A DNA stretch of 64,000 nt, taken from contig CANLRN010000016.1 of NCBI GenBank assembly GCA_947493495.1, positions 1,404 to 65,403 of the forward strand, read 5' to 3'. The DNA comes from an uncultured Aquimarina sp. (GTDB taxonomy: Bacteria > Bacteroidota > Bacteroidia > Flavobacteriales > Flavobacteriaceae). Position numbers and translations under genes: made by a program. Below the pieces are notes generated by a model that was not told the DNA's origin, ran no database searches, and saw only the letters and a list, made by a program, of their open reading frames with translations. This document shows, piece by piece, positions 1 through 11,400 of this stretch. Numbering within the stretch: position 1 is the stretch's first letter; each line of letters opens with the position of its first letter.

Positions 1-514
1 TATTTTCTTCTATTAGTTTTTTTAGATTATTTAAATTTTCGTCTTCTTGAGCTTTCATAGTACTTTTCATAAAAGAAATCATAGATTTAGCAATGATACC
101 ATTTCCTGCGGTGGTGGATTTAGAAATGATTGTAGTCTTCCCTTCTTTTTCTTTAAAAAACATTTCATAATCCATATCCATAAAATCCATAGTAAAAGTC
201 ATGCCAATATGTTCATTTAGTTGTATTGCCGTAATGGTCTCTTTCATTACCATTTCTTCTCCTCTTTCTTCTATATATACATTAGAAACTGCTCCTTTCG
301 TATTAGCTGTTCCACTAACGAGTTCTGATTTTTTAAATCCTTTGATCCATTTGGATAAATTGGATTCATCAGACATTACCGCCTAGGCTTCATTAGCAGG
401 TTTATTGACTGTTATTTCATTTTCGTAAGATATAGTTGGTGTAAAAAATCCTTTCCCAAAAAATACGAGTGCAAGTATAATCACTATATACAATAGATAT
501 TTTAAATATTTCAT
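1..514 (-). pseudogene. SRPBCC/START-like (polyketide cyclase-type) protein gene with in-frame TAG at codon 44; runs off the window edge
   Basis: Manual translation from ATG 514: MKYLKYLLYIVIILALVFFGKGFFTPTISYENEITVNKPANEA*AVMSDESNLSKWIKGFKKSELVSG...NLNNLKKLIEEN. The TAG at 385-383 sits where the SRPBCC N-terminal motif normally has W (TGG). The frame is otherwise open to base 1. Not in the ORF track. Confidence 0.7.
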
Positions 515-552
515 CTGTTTATATGTATTGTTTTTTAATGGTCAGTTGGAAT

Positions 553-605
553 CGCCATATATCATATCGATGGGTATCCACATAATTGTAATGGCTTATT
601 TCATA
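553..605 (-). repeat. 53-bp dispersed repeat arm, homologous to 23330-23383
   Basis: Reverse complement TATGAAATAAGCCATTACAATTATGTGGATACCCATCGATATGATATATGGCG aligns to 23330-23383 at 49/54 positions (hand count). Confidence 0.8.
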
Positions 606-791
606 ATAAGACATATTGTTTCACTATAAATTTAATCATTTTCGTAATTAAAAAATAATATAAACTAAAAACCAAAAGGTCAAAATTTCTGATTTTTAAC
701 TCGGTTTTACATTGAATTTAAGGTATTTGCGAGGCTCAATGTCTGGACCTTATCTTAGCCTGCTTAATCTTAAAATAAGCTACTATTCATT

Positions 792-2594
792 CTATTTACT
801 ATCTGCAATCCAATTGTCAATTTTATTTTCTAACAAAGCCATGGGTACGCAACCTGTTTCCAATACTTTATTATGAAACTCTCGAATATCGAATTTGTCA
901 CCTAATTCTTTTTCTGCTTTAGCACGTAGTTCTCTAATCTTAAGCTGTCCAATTTTATAGGATAATGCTTGCCCAGGATTAGACATATATCGCTCTATCT
1001 CTGAAATAATTCCCGCTTCGGATTCTGCTTCGTTATCTAGTGAGTATTGTATGGCTTGTTCTCTTGTCCAACCTTTGGCGTGTAATCCTGTATCCACCAC
1101 TAAGCGAATCGCTCGATGCATCTCCGCTCCCAGCATTCCAAAATATTGGTATGGATCGGTGTACAACCCTAATTCTTTTCCTAAGGACTCAGAGTATAAG
1201 GCCCAACCTTCTCCATAACCACTATACCAGAGTGTCTTTCGGAATTTTGGTAATTCTTCACTTTCTTGAGTTAAAGAAATTTGATAGTGATGTCCTGGGA
1301 TAGCTTCGTGCAAAAATAAGGATTCATCACTATATACATTATACTTTGTAGCATCGGGAATTGGAGTATAGAAAATCCCTGGCCTGGTACCATCTAATGA
1401 TCCTGAATTATACTCTGCACTAGCAGATTTTTCTCTAAAAGCTTCGGTACGACGTACCTCAAAGGCTGTTTCGGGTTTTACATCAAAGAGTTTTTCGATA
1501 TGTGGTTTCATGCGATCATGAATCGCATTAAAATTATCAATTACCTGTTGTGGTTCTTTAAACGGCATCAGTTCTTTCTTAGTACGCACATGATCAAAAA
1601 ATGATTTTAGATCTCCTCTAAACCCAACTTGGTCTTTTATTTTTTCCATTTCGGTAGCAATACGAGCTACTTCAGATAATCCTAGCGTATGAATTTCATC
1701 GGCAGTCATATTCGTAGTCGTATACAGCTTAATTTGATGTTTATAAAAAGCTGCTCCATTGGGGATTTCGGAAATACCAGAACTTTCTCTACCAGCTTTC
1801 ATATAGGCTGTGCTCATAAATTGATGCAAGCTTTTATAGGCAGGAACTACTTTTTCTATTATCACCTTGCTATAGGTATCCGTCAACTGTTTCTTATCAT
1901 CTTCTGAGAATCTTTCTGGAAAATTTTTAATAGGACTATAAAATAAATGTGTCTCTAGATCTTTAGTTGTAAGTGCTTTTAATTGAGGAAGTACTTTTTT
2001 GATCAATGATTTAGGGAGTACATATCCTGCTTCGATACCTTCTTTCATTTTCTCTTCTGCAGATGTCATCCAGGCTAAATATCCATTTAGTCGTTTTAGC
2101 CAATTATGATAATCGCTAACAGTGTTAAAAGGTTGTGCGCTGGCACCACTGGCTAATTGTCCTATCCTTAGATTTATCGACCACATCTGATCAATTGGAA
2201 AATATTCGCGGTGATATTCAAAACCAACTAGATTCATATCACACTCCCATTGTAGAATAGCTTTGCTCATTTGTTCTCTATCGGAGAGCTTGTCATCATC
2301 AAAAGTTTCTAACTCTGCCTTATACATAGTATAATAAGCTTTTAACTTATTTGTGGTTTCATCTGCAAGAGGATTAGGAAATTGATCATTAAAACGATTA
2401 TCGCCTGCAAATGTAGCTTGTATAGGGTTGAGTTCTAATCCTTCTTCGTAGTATTGGTCTAACATTTTGGCAAAGTCTGCACTGATATCTACGGTGTCTT
2501 CTTCTATATCAGTGTCTTTTGTAGTGGTATCATTCTTACAAGAAATAAAAAAAACAACTGCACAACATATAACTACTATATTCTTAATCATCAT
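792..2594 (-). CDS. DUF885 family lipoprotein (metallopeptidase-like)
   Basis: Lipobox FFISC after likely start ATG 2594. HEAIPGHHYQ, EGWALYSE and MGQALSYKIG-like (PGQALSYKIG) motifs are typical of DUF885. The ORF track start 2612 is an upstream TTG. Confidence 0.88.
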   Translation of the reverse strand: MMIKNIVVICCAVVFFISCKNDTTTKDTDIEEDTVDISADFAKMLDQYYEEGLELNPIQATFAGDNRFNDQFPNPLADETTNKLKAYYTMYKAELETFDDDKLSDREQMSKAILQWECDMNLVGFEYHREYFPIDQMWSINLRIGQLASGASAQPFNTVSDYHNWLKRLNGYLAWMTSAEEKMKEGIEAGYVLPKSLIKKVLPQLKALTTKDLETHLFYSPIKNFPERFSEDDKKQLTDTYSKVIIEKVVPAYKSLHQFMSTAYMKAGRESSGISEIPNGAAFYKHQIKLYTTTNMTADEIHTLGLSEVARIATEMEKIKDQVGFRGDLKSFFDHVRTKKELMPFKEPQQVIDNFNAIHDRMKPHIEKLFDVKPETAFEVRRTEAFREKSASAEYNSGSLDGTRPGIFYTPIPDATKYNVYSDESLFLHEAIPGHHYQISLTQESEELPKFRKTLWYSGYGEGWALYSESLGKELGLYTDPYQYFGMLGAEMHRAIRLVVDTGLHAKGWTREQAIQYSLDNEAESEAGIISEIERYMSNPGQALSYKIGQLKIRELRAKAEKELGDKFDIREFHNKVLETGCVPMALLENKIDNWIADSK

Positions 2595-2630
2595 ACTATA
2601 TTTAATTGCCAAAAAAGTGAATTGGAGTTA

Positions 2631-2801
2631 AACCTGATGTATCCATTAAGAAATCTATTACATCTTTCAACTACTGCAAACACTACCGTTTCACTATATT
2701 TTTTAATCTAACCGTAGCGGTGCTACGCTAAAATTAAGAAAACATCAATGTTTATTGTATTTGAAAGTCTCTTAACGAAATCTTAATGTATAAATCAGGT
2801 T
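2631..2801. repeat. 171-bp palindromic intergenic element, family I, copy 1
   Basis: Terminal inverted repeats AACCTGATGTATCCATTAAGA (2631-2651) and TCTTAATGTATAAATCAGGTT (2781-2801), 19/21 complementary. Central hairpin ACCGTAGCGGTGCTACG at 2711-2727. Homologous to 23379-23467, 27240-27410 and 43431-43601. Confidence 0.8.
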
Positions 2802-2866
2802 AAATGTAGCAATATATTGTAGTTGGAAAGGTTAAGATTTTCTTAATATAAAATACAAAGAATAAG

Positions 2867-3685
2867 TTATTCATATCCTCTCATATACTCCTCTCCTTCT
2901 TCTAGTTGTATCGATTCTTCACCTGTACCAATCAAAAATTTTACGGGCACTGTCTCTCTATTAGTAAACCGCTGTAAGAACACAATAAAATGCAGATGTG
3001 GTCCTGTAGACCATCCTACATTACCACTATACCCAATATGTTGTCCTACTTTGACATCATCACCTGGAGTAACAATAGCGCCTCCTTTTCTAATATGCGT
3101 ATACTCTGCAAAAGTACCATCTGTGTGGTATATTAAAATGTAATTATTAAACTTAGCACAATCCTGATTGGTACAGGTTGTATCAAAACTTTTTTCCACC
3201 AATACTACTCTCCCACTTCTTGCAGCATATATTGCTGTCCCTATTGGCATCCTAAAATCTAACGCATATTCTCCTTGATGTGATATAGTACCATTATAGC
3301 CTTGCGTAACTGTATATTTACTTCCTTTTTTATAAGGTAAATAATACTCATGTTCTTTGTCATAGGTTGTTTGTAAATGGTTCCCATGATTGTAGCGAAC
3401 TTTATATCCTAATCCAATTGCTTTTTTTCTATCTATCACGGTTAGATCAGCAATATAATGAGCTGTTGTTAACTCCGGAACCTCAATGATTTTTGTGGCA
3501 CCAATACTGGATGTTAAATTGTCTATCTCAAAATTTATTTCTAAAGATACGGGGCTATACTCTCCATTATCGGCATATATTTTATATCCATTTTCTGCTT
3601 CTTCATAATATACTTTGAAGTTTTCTTGAGCACTTGTAGCCATAGATCCCAAAAGGATCCAAAACGCAACTCTTTTCATATTCAT
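2867..3685 (-). CDS. M23 family metallopeptidase (LytM-like), secreted
   Basis: HQGEYALDF (HxxxD) and STGPHLHF (HxH) zinc motifs; N-terminal signal peptide. Confidence 0.9.
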   Translation of the reverse strand: MNMKRVAFWILLGSMATSAQENFKVYYEEAENGYKIYADNGEYSPVSLEINFEIDNLTSSIGATKIIEVPELTTAHYIADLTVIDRKKAIGLGYKVRYNHGNHLQTTYDKEHEYYLPYKKGSKYTVTQGYNGTISHQGEYALDFRMPIGTAIYAARSGRVVLVEKSFDTTCTNQDCAKFNNYILIYHTDGTFAEYTHIRKGGAIVTPGDDVKVGQHIGYSGNVGWSTGPHLHFIVFLQRFTNRETVPVKFLIGTGEESIQLEEGEEYMRGYE

Positions 3686-3899
3686 TGTATTTCCAATTAC
3701 CCATAAAAAATACAGTTTTTAATTGGTAATTGCTAATATCATTTTTTTAGGATGTATTAGAAAAGATGCACCCATTCTTATGCATGAGTCCTTTTGAATA
3801 TGAAAATTTCGAATAATTCCTTATTTATAACACCGTCTGAAGTTTAAATTTACTCATAAGAAAAACTCTTATAACATTAGAACAGAAATGGTGGTGGTA

Positions 3900-6449
3900 C
3901 TACTCTCTAAGTACCTTAATAATCGGTCCTTCTTCTGTTTTTAGGAAATACATCCCCTTTGGAAATGTTGATAAATCAACTGAAGATCCATTTCCAGTAT
4001 TAATAAGTTGTCCTAAGTCATTTATTAATATCCATTCATAATCCTTAGGAAGGTGTAAAACTCCATTTGTCGGGTTAGGATAAAAAAGCACCTTATTAGA
4101 ATTAATAACATCTGTAATACCTAATGTATTTTCATTTTCTAATATCCAATGTGCGGTATTATTTGCAGTAATAGCTCCTGCTGTAGAAAAGTTTCCAGCT
4201 GCAAATATTTTTATACTATCAATAGTAGTATCCTTGGAAAAAACCATAGCATTTATCTTAACATCCACTCCTACATTAGTATCTGTACCCATTGCCTCCC
4301 AACTATTTGATTCACTCCATCGGGCAATATTATTAACTATAATATCATTATTAGCGCTTATTCCTGCTGTATTAAAAGCTCCTCCAGCATACAAATAGGC
4401 TCCGTCATGAAGCAAAGAAGTTACATTGTTATTTACTCCACTACCTATGATGTTCCAACTAGAGGAAGATTTATTCCACTGCGCAATACGATTGACTGTG
4501 TTATTACCTGCAAGTGCAAAGTTTCCTCCTATAAAAACAGCTGAAGAAGTTGCGACAATTGCTTCTACAAAACCACTAGTTCCTTCACCTAATGTCCCCC
4601 AATTTGTTCCATTCCAGGTTGCAATTCTATTCGCTATATTTCCTCCAGCTTCATCAAAATTTCCTCCAACATATAAAATCCCATCACTATCTATTTCTAG
4701 AGATCTGATCTCATTATTCGTTCCTGCATCAGATGTAGCAGCATCTGCTAATGCAACCCATTGATTCCCATTCCAAAATGCAATATTTCTAGCTGTTGTT
4801 CCTGTATTAATTGTTTCAAAAACTCCTCCAGCATATACATTCCCATTTTCATCTATTTCCATTGCGAGTATGGTGCCATCAATACCGGGCCCTAAAGCTT
4901 GCCAAGAGCTTCCGTCCCATACAGCTATATTATTAGCAGCTACTCCTCCTATTTCTGTAAAAGATCCTCCAGCGTATAAATTCCCATTAGGAGCAATTTT
5001 TAAAGCATTTATAGTACCATTGGCTCCTCCATTTAATACTGCCCATCCAGAAGTTTCATTCCATACAGCAATATTATTTACTGCTACAGTACCTGCTTGA
5101 TTAAAAGCTCCTCCGTGGTATACATTTCCGGCATCATCTGTTTCTATTGCTCGTATAGTACCATTAATACCTTGATTCAATGCTTCCCACTCTCCAATAC
5201 CATTTACGGCAGTCCCTGAAGGAGCAGAAGCACCATCTACCAGCTTAAAAAGTTTAGAATTACTACCATAATCACTAAAATATAGTTCTCCATCTTTATC
5301 GACTCCAAAAGAGGAAACAAATTCTCCTGAGGTCTTAAAAAGTAGTGTGCTACTAGCATCGCCTGTAGATGGATTATAATCTAGTACCCATACTCTACCA
5401 CTTACATAATCTCCAAAAATATATTTAGAAGTAATATCAGGACTTAGACTTGTCACTTTAGATCCTCTATATACATATCCTCCTGTTATAGAAACATCAC
5501 CTGCTAAATGATCATATGAAAATACAGGAAAGGTAGTAGGTCCATTTATAGTAGTTCTACTATTTGCTACACTGGTAGCTTCAAAACGATTCCAACCATA
5601 ATTCCCTCCATTTTCTATAAGGTTTATTTCTTCAAAAACACCTTGACCTACATCCGCTCCCCATAACCTACCTGTAGTGGTATCGAAAGAAAATTTCCAA
5701 GTATTTCTAATCCCATATGCATAAATCTCATCCAATCCATTTCTCCCTACAAAAGGGTTATCGCTAGGGATCTCATAATTACCATTAGGTAAAGTAGGAT
5801 TAGTTTCTATTGGATTACTTCCATCTACATCTACATCAATACGGCAAATACTACCAAAAACAGTATTGATATTCTGTGCATTTCTTCTAGGGTCATTACC
5901 TCCACCACCATCTCCAAAGGAAATATACAGATAATTATCTGGTCCAAAAGCGATTTTACCACCATTGTGATTTCCGTTTCTTTGATTTTTATCAAATCTA
6001 AAAAGTACCAATTCACTATCAGGATCTACTCGATTATTGTTCGTAGGGTCTACTGAGAATCTTGATAATACTATTCTCACAGATACTCCTTGTACTGGAC
6101 TATTAGCTGTATAATACACATACAAATAGCCATTAGAATCAAATTCTGGATGAAAAGCAAGCCCTAATAACCCTAATTCTTGTCCTGTTATAAAACGTAC
6201 TCGATCTGTAATGTTAAGAAATGTACTAACCTGATTCGGAGTGACATTTCTTCTTCTAGGAAATACTTTAATTCGTCCTCTTTGCTCTACGATAAACATC
6301 CTGTCTGTACCATCTAAGGGAGATTGTATTTCTATAGGAAATTCAAAACCAACATTAGGAAATGCTGATTCATATGTAACTTGGGCTTGTATACTAAAAA
6401 AAGTAATTAATACTGTAAATACAGTACACGTTTTGGTAAAGATTTTCAT
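3900..6449 (-). CDS. PQQ-dependent glucose/sorbosone dehydrogenase-like domain + GGxF/NNIAxW beta-propeller repeats + T9SS C-terminal sorting domain
   Basis: GLLGLAFHP, HNGGKIAFGPD, YAYGIRNTWKFSFD and ITGGYVYRG motifs; repeated GGxF...ANNIAxWxG units; C-terminal FYPNPTNG...GMYFLK; signal peptide. Confidence 0.85.
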   Translation of the reverse strand: MKIFTKTCTVFTVLITFFSIQAQVTYESAFPNVGFEFPIEIQSPLDGTDRMFIVEQRGRIKVFPRRRNVTPNQVSTFLNITDRVRFITGQELGLLGLAFHPEFDSNGYLYVYYTANSPVQGVSVRIVLSRFSVDPTNNNRVDPDSELVLFRFDKNQRNGNHNGGKIAFGPDNYLYISFGDGGGGNDPRRNAQNINTVFGSICRIDVDVDGSNPIETNPTLPNGNYEIPSDNPFVGRNGLDEIYAYGIRNTWKFSFDTTTGRLWGADVGQGVFEEINLIENGGNYGWNRFEATSVANSRTTINGPTTFPVFSYDHLAGDVSITGGYVYRGSKVTSLSPDITSKYIFGDYVSGRVWVLDYNPSTGDASSTLLFKTSGEFVSSFGVDKDGELYFSDYGSNSKLFKLVDGASAPSGTAVNGIGEWEALNQGINGTIRAIETDDAGNVYHGGAFNQAGTVAVNNIAVWNETSGWAVLNGGANGTINALKIAPNGNLYAGGSFTEIGGVAANNIAVWDGSSWQALGPGIDGTILAMEIDENGNVYAGGVFETINTGTTARNIAFWNGNQWVALADAATSDAGTNNEIRSLEIDSDGILYVGGNFDEAGGNIANRIATWNGTNWGTLGEGTSGFVEAIVATSSAVFIGGNFALAGNNTVNRIAQWNKSSSSWNIIGSGVNNNVTSLLHDGAYLYAGGAFNTAGISANNDIIVNNIARWSESNSWEAMGTDTNVGVDVKINAMVFSKDTTIDSIKIFAAGNFSTAGAITANNTAHWILENENTLGITDVINSNKVLFYPNPTNGVLHLPKDYEWILINDLGQLINTGNGSSVDLSTFPKGMYFLKTEEGPIIKVLRE

Positions 6450-6683
6450 TAGTTTGAGTTTATGATGTATCTATGTGTGTTGTTCTGGAACGCAAAAAGA
6501 AGTATTATAGTATGTTAACATTCTTCAATACTATAGAGCTACCTTAAAAATAGCTTTATACTATATTTACTCCTAGAGAGTTAATCCTGTTACAAATTTA
6601 TCTTCCCTTATGAGCTATCTTAACTCTTTATAAATTGAACTTATCTCAAGTATACTTATAGGTAGTAATACAATGATTAATGA

Positions 6684-8468
6684 TTAATAATTAAACTTAT
6701 ACGTTACACCTCCTAATACTTGTATTCCTTGAACAGGAAAGTGAGTCCAACGCTCATAATTCTCTCCTATTAGGTTATTCCCTTTTAAGAAAACTGATAA
6801 TTTTTCATTAAATCGGTATCTCAGATTTACATTGGCATCAAAATAACTATCCAGAGTTATAGTAGCTTCTGGAGTGGGTGGCGTAAAAATGACTACATTA
6901 TTGATATCTTTTCGTTCACCTACATAAAATAATTGTGCTCCAGCAAACCATTTTTCTGTGATCTGATAATCTGAGAAAATGGATGCTTTTATGTCTGGCA
7001 AATTCCAAGCTTCTTGCTCATCTTCTGTAGTATAATCAAAATACTCGATCGAGGTCCCTAGTTTAAATTTTTTATTGATATTAAAATTTAATTCGCCATA
7101 TCCGCTTAGGGTAGTAATGTCATCGTATCTGTACGAAAACGAATTACCAAAGTCGTATCCTTGTAATTGTAAAGCCGTTGCTCTATTGTTAATAAAGAGA
7201 GGTTTATCATTCTCTGAGGCGTATCCACCTCTAAAATTATAACTTACTACATCAGATATTTTACCTTTTAGCCCTACATATCCATCAAACTGATTATGAG
7301 TAGGTGTTAATCGTAATGTAGGCGATACATATGGATTTGCTTGCACAGCATCTCGATAAGTATTTTGTTTTAGCCCTCCTTCTAACCCCCCATATGCAAT
7401 TACGAACTCGTCTAATAGCCTGTAAGATGCAGTCACCTTTGGATAAATAAATAGATCATTATCATTGTTCTTGCTATCTACACTGTATACTACTTCTGCT
7501 CCTAGGTTTACAGTAAGATTATCTCTTAATATTAGTAAGCTTGGGTGTATTCCTAAATTTAAAATCTGATAATCATTCTCTACTCCTATTTGCAATTCTC
7601 TTTCGAAATTTCCTTTAAGAAAGTCAACATTAAAATTAGTGGTAATCAGTTCATCTCCTACTTCAAACTCTAAGGTTGGAGTGATCTTAAAATGATTTTC
7701 TTTAGATTTTAAGGCATCTCCAAAATATCGATAATTTACCGTCACTTTTCTGAAATAAAGGTCTTTAAACTCGAATTTTCCACCAATTTTAGCTCCAAAA
7801 TAATTTTGAGTTGGATCAATAGCATCAATCTGTTGATCTGTTAGCACAGGGATTTCTGGCAAACCATACCAATTGTACAATTGGTGTTCTGCTCCTACTT
7901 CTATGCCATATACATAATCTTTGGTACGAGAGGTATAATTAAGGTCTAAAAAGGTATTATAGAATTTATCATCTAGTAGTACGTCCTTAATACCGCCTTG
8001 TGATGAATTATGATGTAGATATAACCCTATATTATCGGTGCGATCTATCTGAAAATTACTGTAGAACTCTGCTAAGGCAGATGTGAAATTACCAAATCCT
8101 AGCGTTGCATAATTGTCATATAGAGGAATCCGTTTAGGTTTATCAATATTTGCTGCTTTTCCTTTTGCAGGGGTAAATGTAGAAGCCACAGGAACTGAAA
8201 ATATACTATACCTAATCTGTTTCTTTTTTTGGGTCACAGAATCATTAAGGATAGGAGTTGATTTTACTTTAAAAGCATCACTAATTGTAGGCGTATATGC
8301 TTTTACTATGACTAATTTTTCGGTTTCTATAGTCTCCTCTTCTTTTTCTTTTTCTTGGGCTATGATATCCAAAGAAAAAATGAAGAATAAAAAAAATAAG
8401 GCTATTATACATTTCGCAGGTCTCAGATATTTATAAGATCTGTTCATTTTATTTTTATATCTAAACAT
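6684..8468 (-). CDS. TonB-dependent-receptor-like outer-membrane beta-barrel protein
   Basis: Amphipathic beta-strand pattern, C-terminal GIQVLGGVTYKFNY, signal peptide; directly downstream of the TPR gene. Confidence 0.75.
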   Translation of the reverse strand: MFRYKNKMNRSYKYLRPAKCIIALFFLFFIFSLDIIAQEKEKEEETIETEKLVIVKAYTPTISDAFKVKSTPILNDSVTQKKKQIRYSIFSVPVASTFTPAKGKAANIDKPKRIPLYDNYATLGFGNFTSALAEFYSNFQIDRTDNIGLYLHHNSSQGGIKDVLLDDKFYNTFLDLNYTSRTKDYVYGIEVGAEHQLYNWYGLPEIPVLTDQQIDAIDPTQNYFGAKIGGKFEFKDLYFRKVTVNYRYFGDALKSKENHFKITPTLEFEVGDELITTNFNVDFLKGNFERELQIGVENDYQILNLGIHPSLLILRDNLTVNLGAEVVYSVDSKNNDNDLFIYPKVTASYRLLDEFVIAYGGLEGGLKQNTYRDAVQANPYVSPTLRLTPTHNQFDGYVGLKGKISDVVSYNFRGGYASENDKPLFINNRATALQLQGYDFGNSFSYRYDDITTLSGYGELNFNINKKFKLGTSIEYFDYTTEDEQEAWNLPDIKASIFSDYQITEKWFAGAQLFYVGERKDINNVVIFTPPTPEATITLDSYFDANVNLRYRFNEKLSVFLKGNNLIGENYERWTHFPVQGIQVLGGVTYKFNY

Positions 8469-8494
8469 AAGATATTTTATTTTACAACTGATTA

Positions 8495-11400
8495 TTACTG
8501 TTCGGTTTGGATAGATGAATTCGTTTTTGCTTCTTCGGTTTTGATTTTACTAAGCTCAGATTTTGCTTCTCTAACCACATCTGGATAGTCATTAAAATTT
8601 TTAGTAACACTCTCTAAGATATACGTTGCTTGATATGCATCTCCTAAGCTGTAAAAGTTTTTTGCCATCAAGACCAATCCTTTAGCACCATATAATTTAT
8701 AGCCAGAATAGTTTTTGGCTAATTTTTGTACTGCTTCATTAGATGTTTTATAGTCCCCATCTTTGTATTTATAGAATGCATCATAGTATAATGCTTCGGC
8801 GGCTAGTGCTCCTGTTGCTATTTTTTGTACCTCAGCATATGCTTTTTTGGCTCTGACATCATCAGATGTTTGCAACGCTGCTCTGGCTATAAATATCTGT
8901 GCATCACTTTTTACATCGTTTTGTATTTTAGGATTTTCTAATACTTTTTCTGCATACTGGATAGTCTCCTGATAATGTACTAATTGATAATGTGCTTTCA
9001 TCAGATTAGATTGTGCAAATATGATATTCTGAGGAAAATCTGCTTCTTTTTCTAGTCGTTCTAATATAGGAATCGCTTTTTCGTAGGTTTTATTTTCTAA
9101 ATATATCTGCGATAATTGCACAAGAGCTTGTTCTGTATACTCTGTACGCTCATTCTGTACTATATATTGATAATGTGTTATGGTTTCTTGTTTATCACCT
9201 TTTTTATATAATAATTCTGCCAGATAAAAATGACTTTTTAAGGCATGTAATCCTTTGGGAAATTCGTTTAAATATTTTTGAAAACCTGTAATAGCTGCCG
9301 TTGCACTTCCTTCTAGGAATTGTTTTTCGGCCGCTTCATATGACGTATTATCTAGGTCAGCATCTGTAACATCTACAAAGCTCAAGCCTTTTACCCAATC
9401 CGAATATTCGCTAGTTCTTCCTAAATCTACATATATTAATCTTGCTGTATTTACGGCTTGTACGGCTTCGTCTGTTCCCGGAAAATCTGCTACTACTTTT
9501 TTAAATTTAGTCAGTGCTCTATCGCCTTGATTTCCATTATAGTATATCAAACCTTGTTTTAATAGCACTTTAGGGACGTAAGAACTTCTAGGAACTTCTC
9601 TGATTAATTGATCATAGACTTCGATCCCGCGGCGTGTATTATTTTCTGCTACGTAGGTGTTCCCTAATGCGAATATAGCATCATCTCTATAAGTAGATCG
9701 AGTGTATTTTTTTAGAAAAAGTTCTAAATCACTTATTTTTTTATCATTCTTTTTTACAAACCCGTAACTTATTGCTTTCTGATAGTGTGCATAATCAGCA
9801 TCGGCTCCTCCTTTTTTTATTGCTTTATTGTAAGCTTCCATGGCTGGCCAATAATTACTAGTAATAAAATGGCTATCTCCAAGTCTTAGGTAGGTATCTG
9901 TTAATCGCACTTCATCTACACTACTTTTTTTAGTATATGTGTCAAAAAAATTAGCTGCCTGCTTATATTGTTTTAATTTGAAATAGGTATATCCTAAATT
10001 ATAATTTATATGTTCATACTCGGTAGTAGAATTAGCCTCTGCACTACCACTAAATTGCTTAAAACCAACTAATGCTTCATCATAATTATTTAGCAAGTAA
10101 TCACTTTCTGAATTCCAATAGATTGCTTTTGCTGTATATTTAGGATCTGTCTGTTGTGTTAGCGATTTTTCAAAATACTTTTTTGCATCAGGGTAATTAC
10201 CTTCATTATATAATTCTATTCCACGAAAAAAGGCAACCTTCTGATATACTGCCTTGTCTTCGAACTTACGACTGCCTTCTAGCAATTCCATAGCTTCTTT
10301 ATAATTTTTGGAAGTAATATATGAGCTGATTAATAGTTCTTCTATTTCACTTTTATGCTCTGCATTTCCATAGGTGTCTATATATCTAAGTAATACTTTG
10401 GATACAGGTTCATATGAGTTTCCTATCTCATAACTTAGTTTTGCGTAATTTACAAGAGCATCTTCTTGGATCTCTGCACTAAACTCCATCTCTGACGCAT
10501 TCTTAAAAGCATTTAATGCTTCTTGCTTTTTATCAGATTTAAGATATGATTCTGCTAGATGATAGTATGCATTCTGAGCAGTGGCATTACTCCCACCAAT
10601 AATTTTATTAAATTCTGATATGGCATTGGTATAATCTCCTCCTTTGTAATAGGCATAGCCTAATTGATAATAATCTGTATTATTCCATTTGCCTTTTCTT
10701 CCTTTATATCCTTTTAGATATGGAATTGCTTTATCATATTGTTCTAGATTAAAATAGCTTTCTCCTATGATTTTATTGAGTTCTGATTTTTCGGATGGTT
10801 TTGAATTGGGTAATTGTCCTAGACCATCATCAATAGCTTTCTGAAACTCTCCAGATTTAAAATTCATATCACTCTGGAAATACGATAGATTTTTATTGTA
10901 TTGATCCAGATCTTTTACCTCATCAAAAAGTTTATCGGCCTCTTGGTAATTATCACCTTCATAGGCTATAAATCCTAAATAATATTTAGCTTGTGCTCCA
11001 TATTCATCAGATTCTGCAACCTTGTTTAAAAATTTTTTAGCTTCATTAAATCGTTGAATCTTAAAATAGGCATATCCGTTATTAAAATTAAATTTCTCTT
11101 TCTGAGAACGATTCATATTGCCTTCATCTACCTTATCATACCATTTACGCGCATATGCATATTTACCATTGTCAAAATAGTAATTAGCTACATCCAGATA
11201 GGCAGCATTACGCTTAATACTGGTAGGGTATTCTGTAACAAAATCCTCCATCAATCCATCTGCCCCTTTTTGATTAAGCCATACTGCACAATTAGCAATA
11301 TAGTACGTACATTCAGCATCTATATTTTCATCATCTACACTATCACGTACTTTATCAAATAGATTCTGAGCAGCTAAAAACTGTTTATTATTATACAATT

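Noticed and set aside
383-385. In-frame TAG as evidence of stop-codon reassignment or pyrrolysine
   Set aside because: TAG terminates other intact genes here and no other gene shows in-frame stops.
553-2730. DUF885 as an integron-like cassette bounded by split halves of one element
   Set aside because: The 2640-2730 arm belongs to a complete 171-bp element (2631-2801) with its own second arm, there is no attC GTTRRRY geometry, and no integrase is present. Kept only as a speculative note under the mosaic finding.
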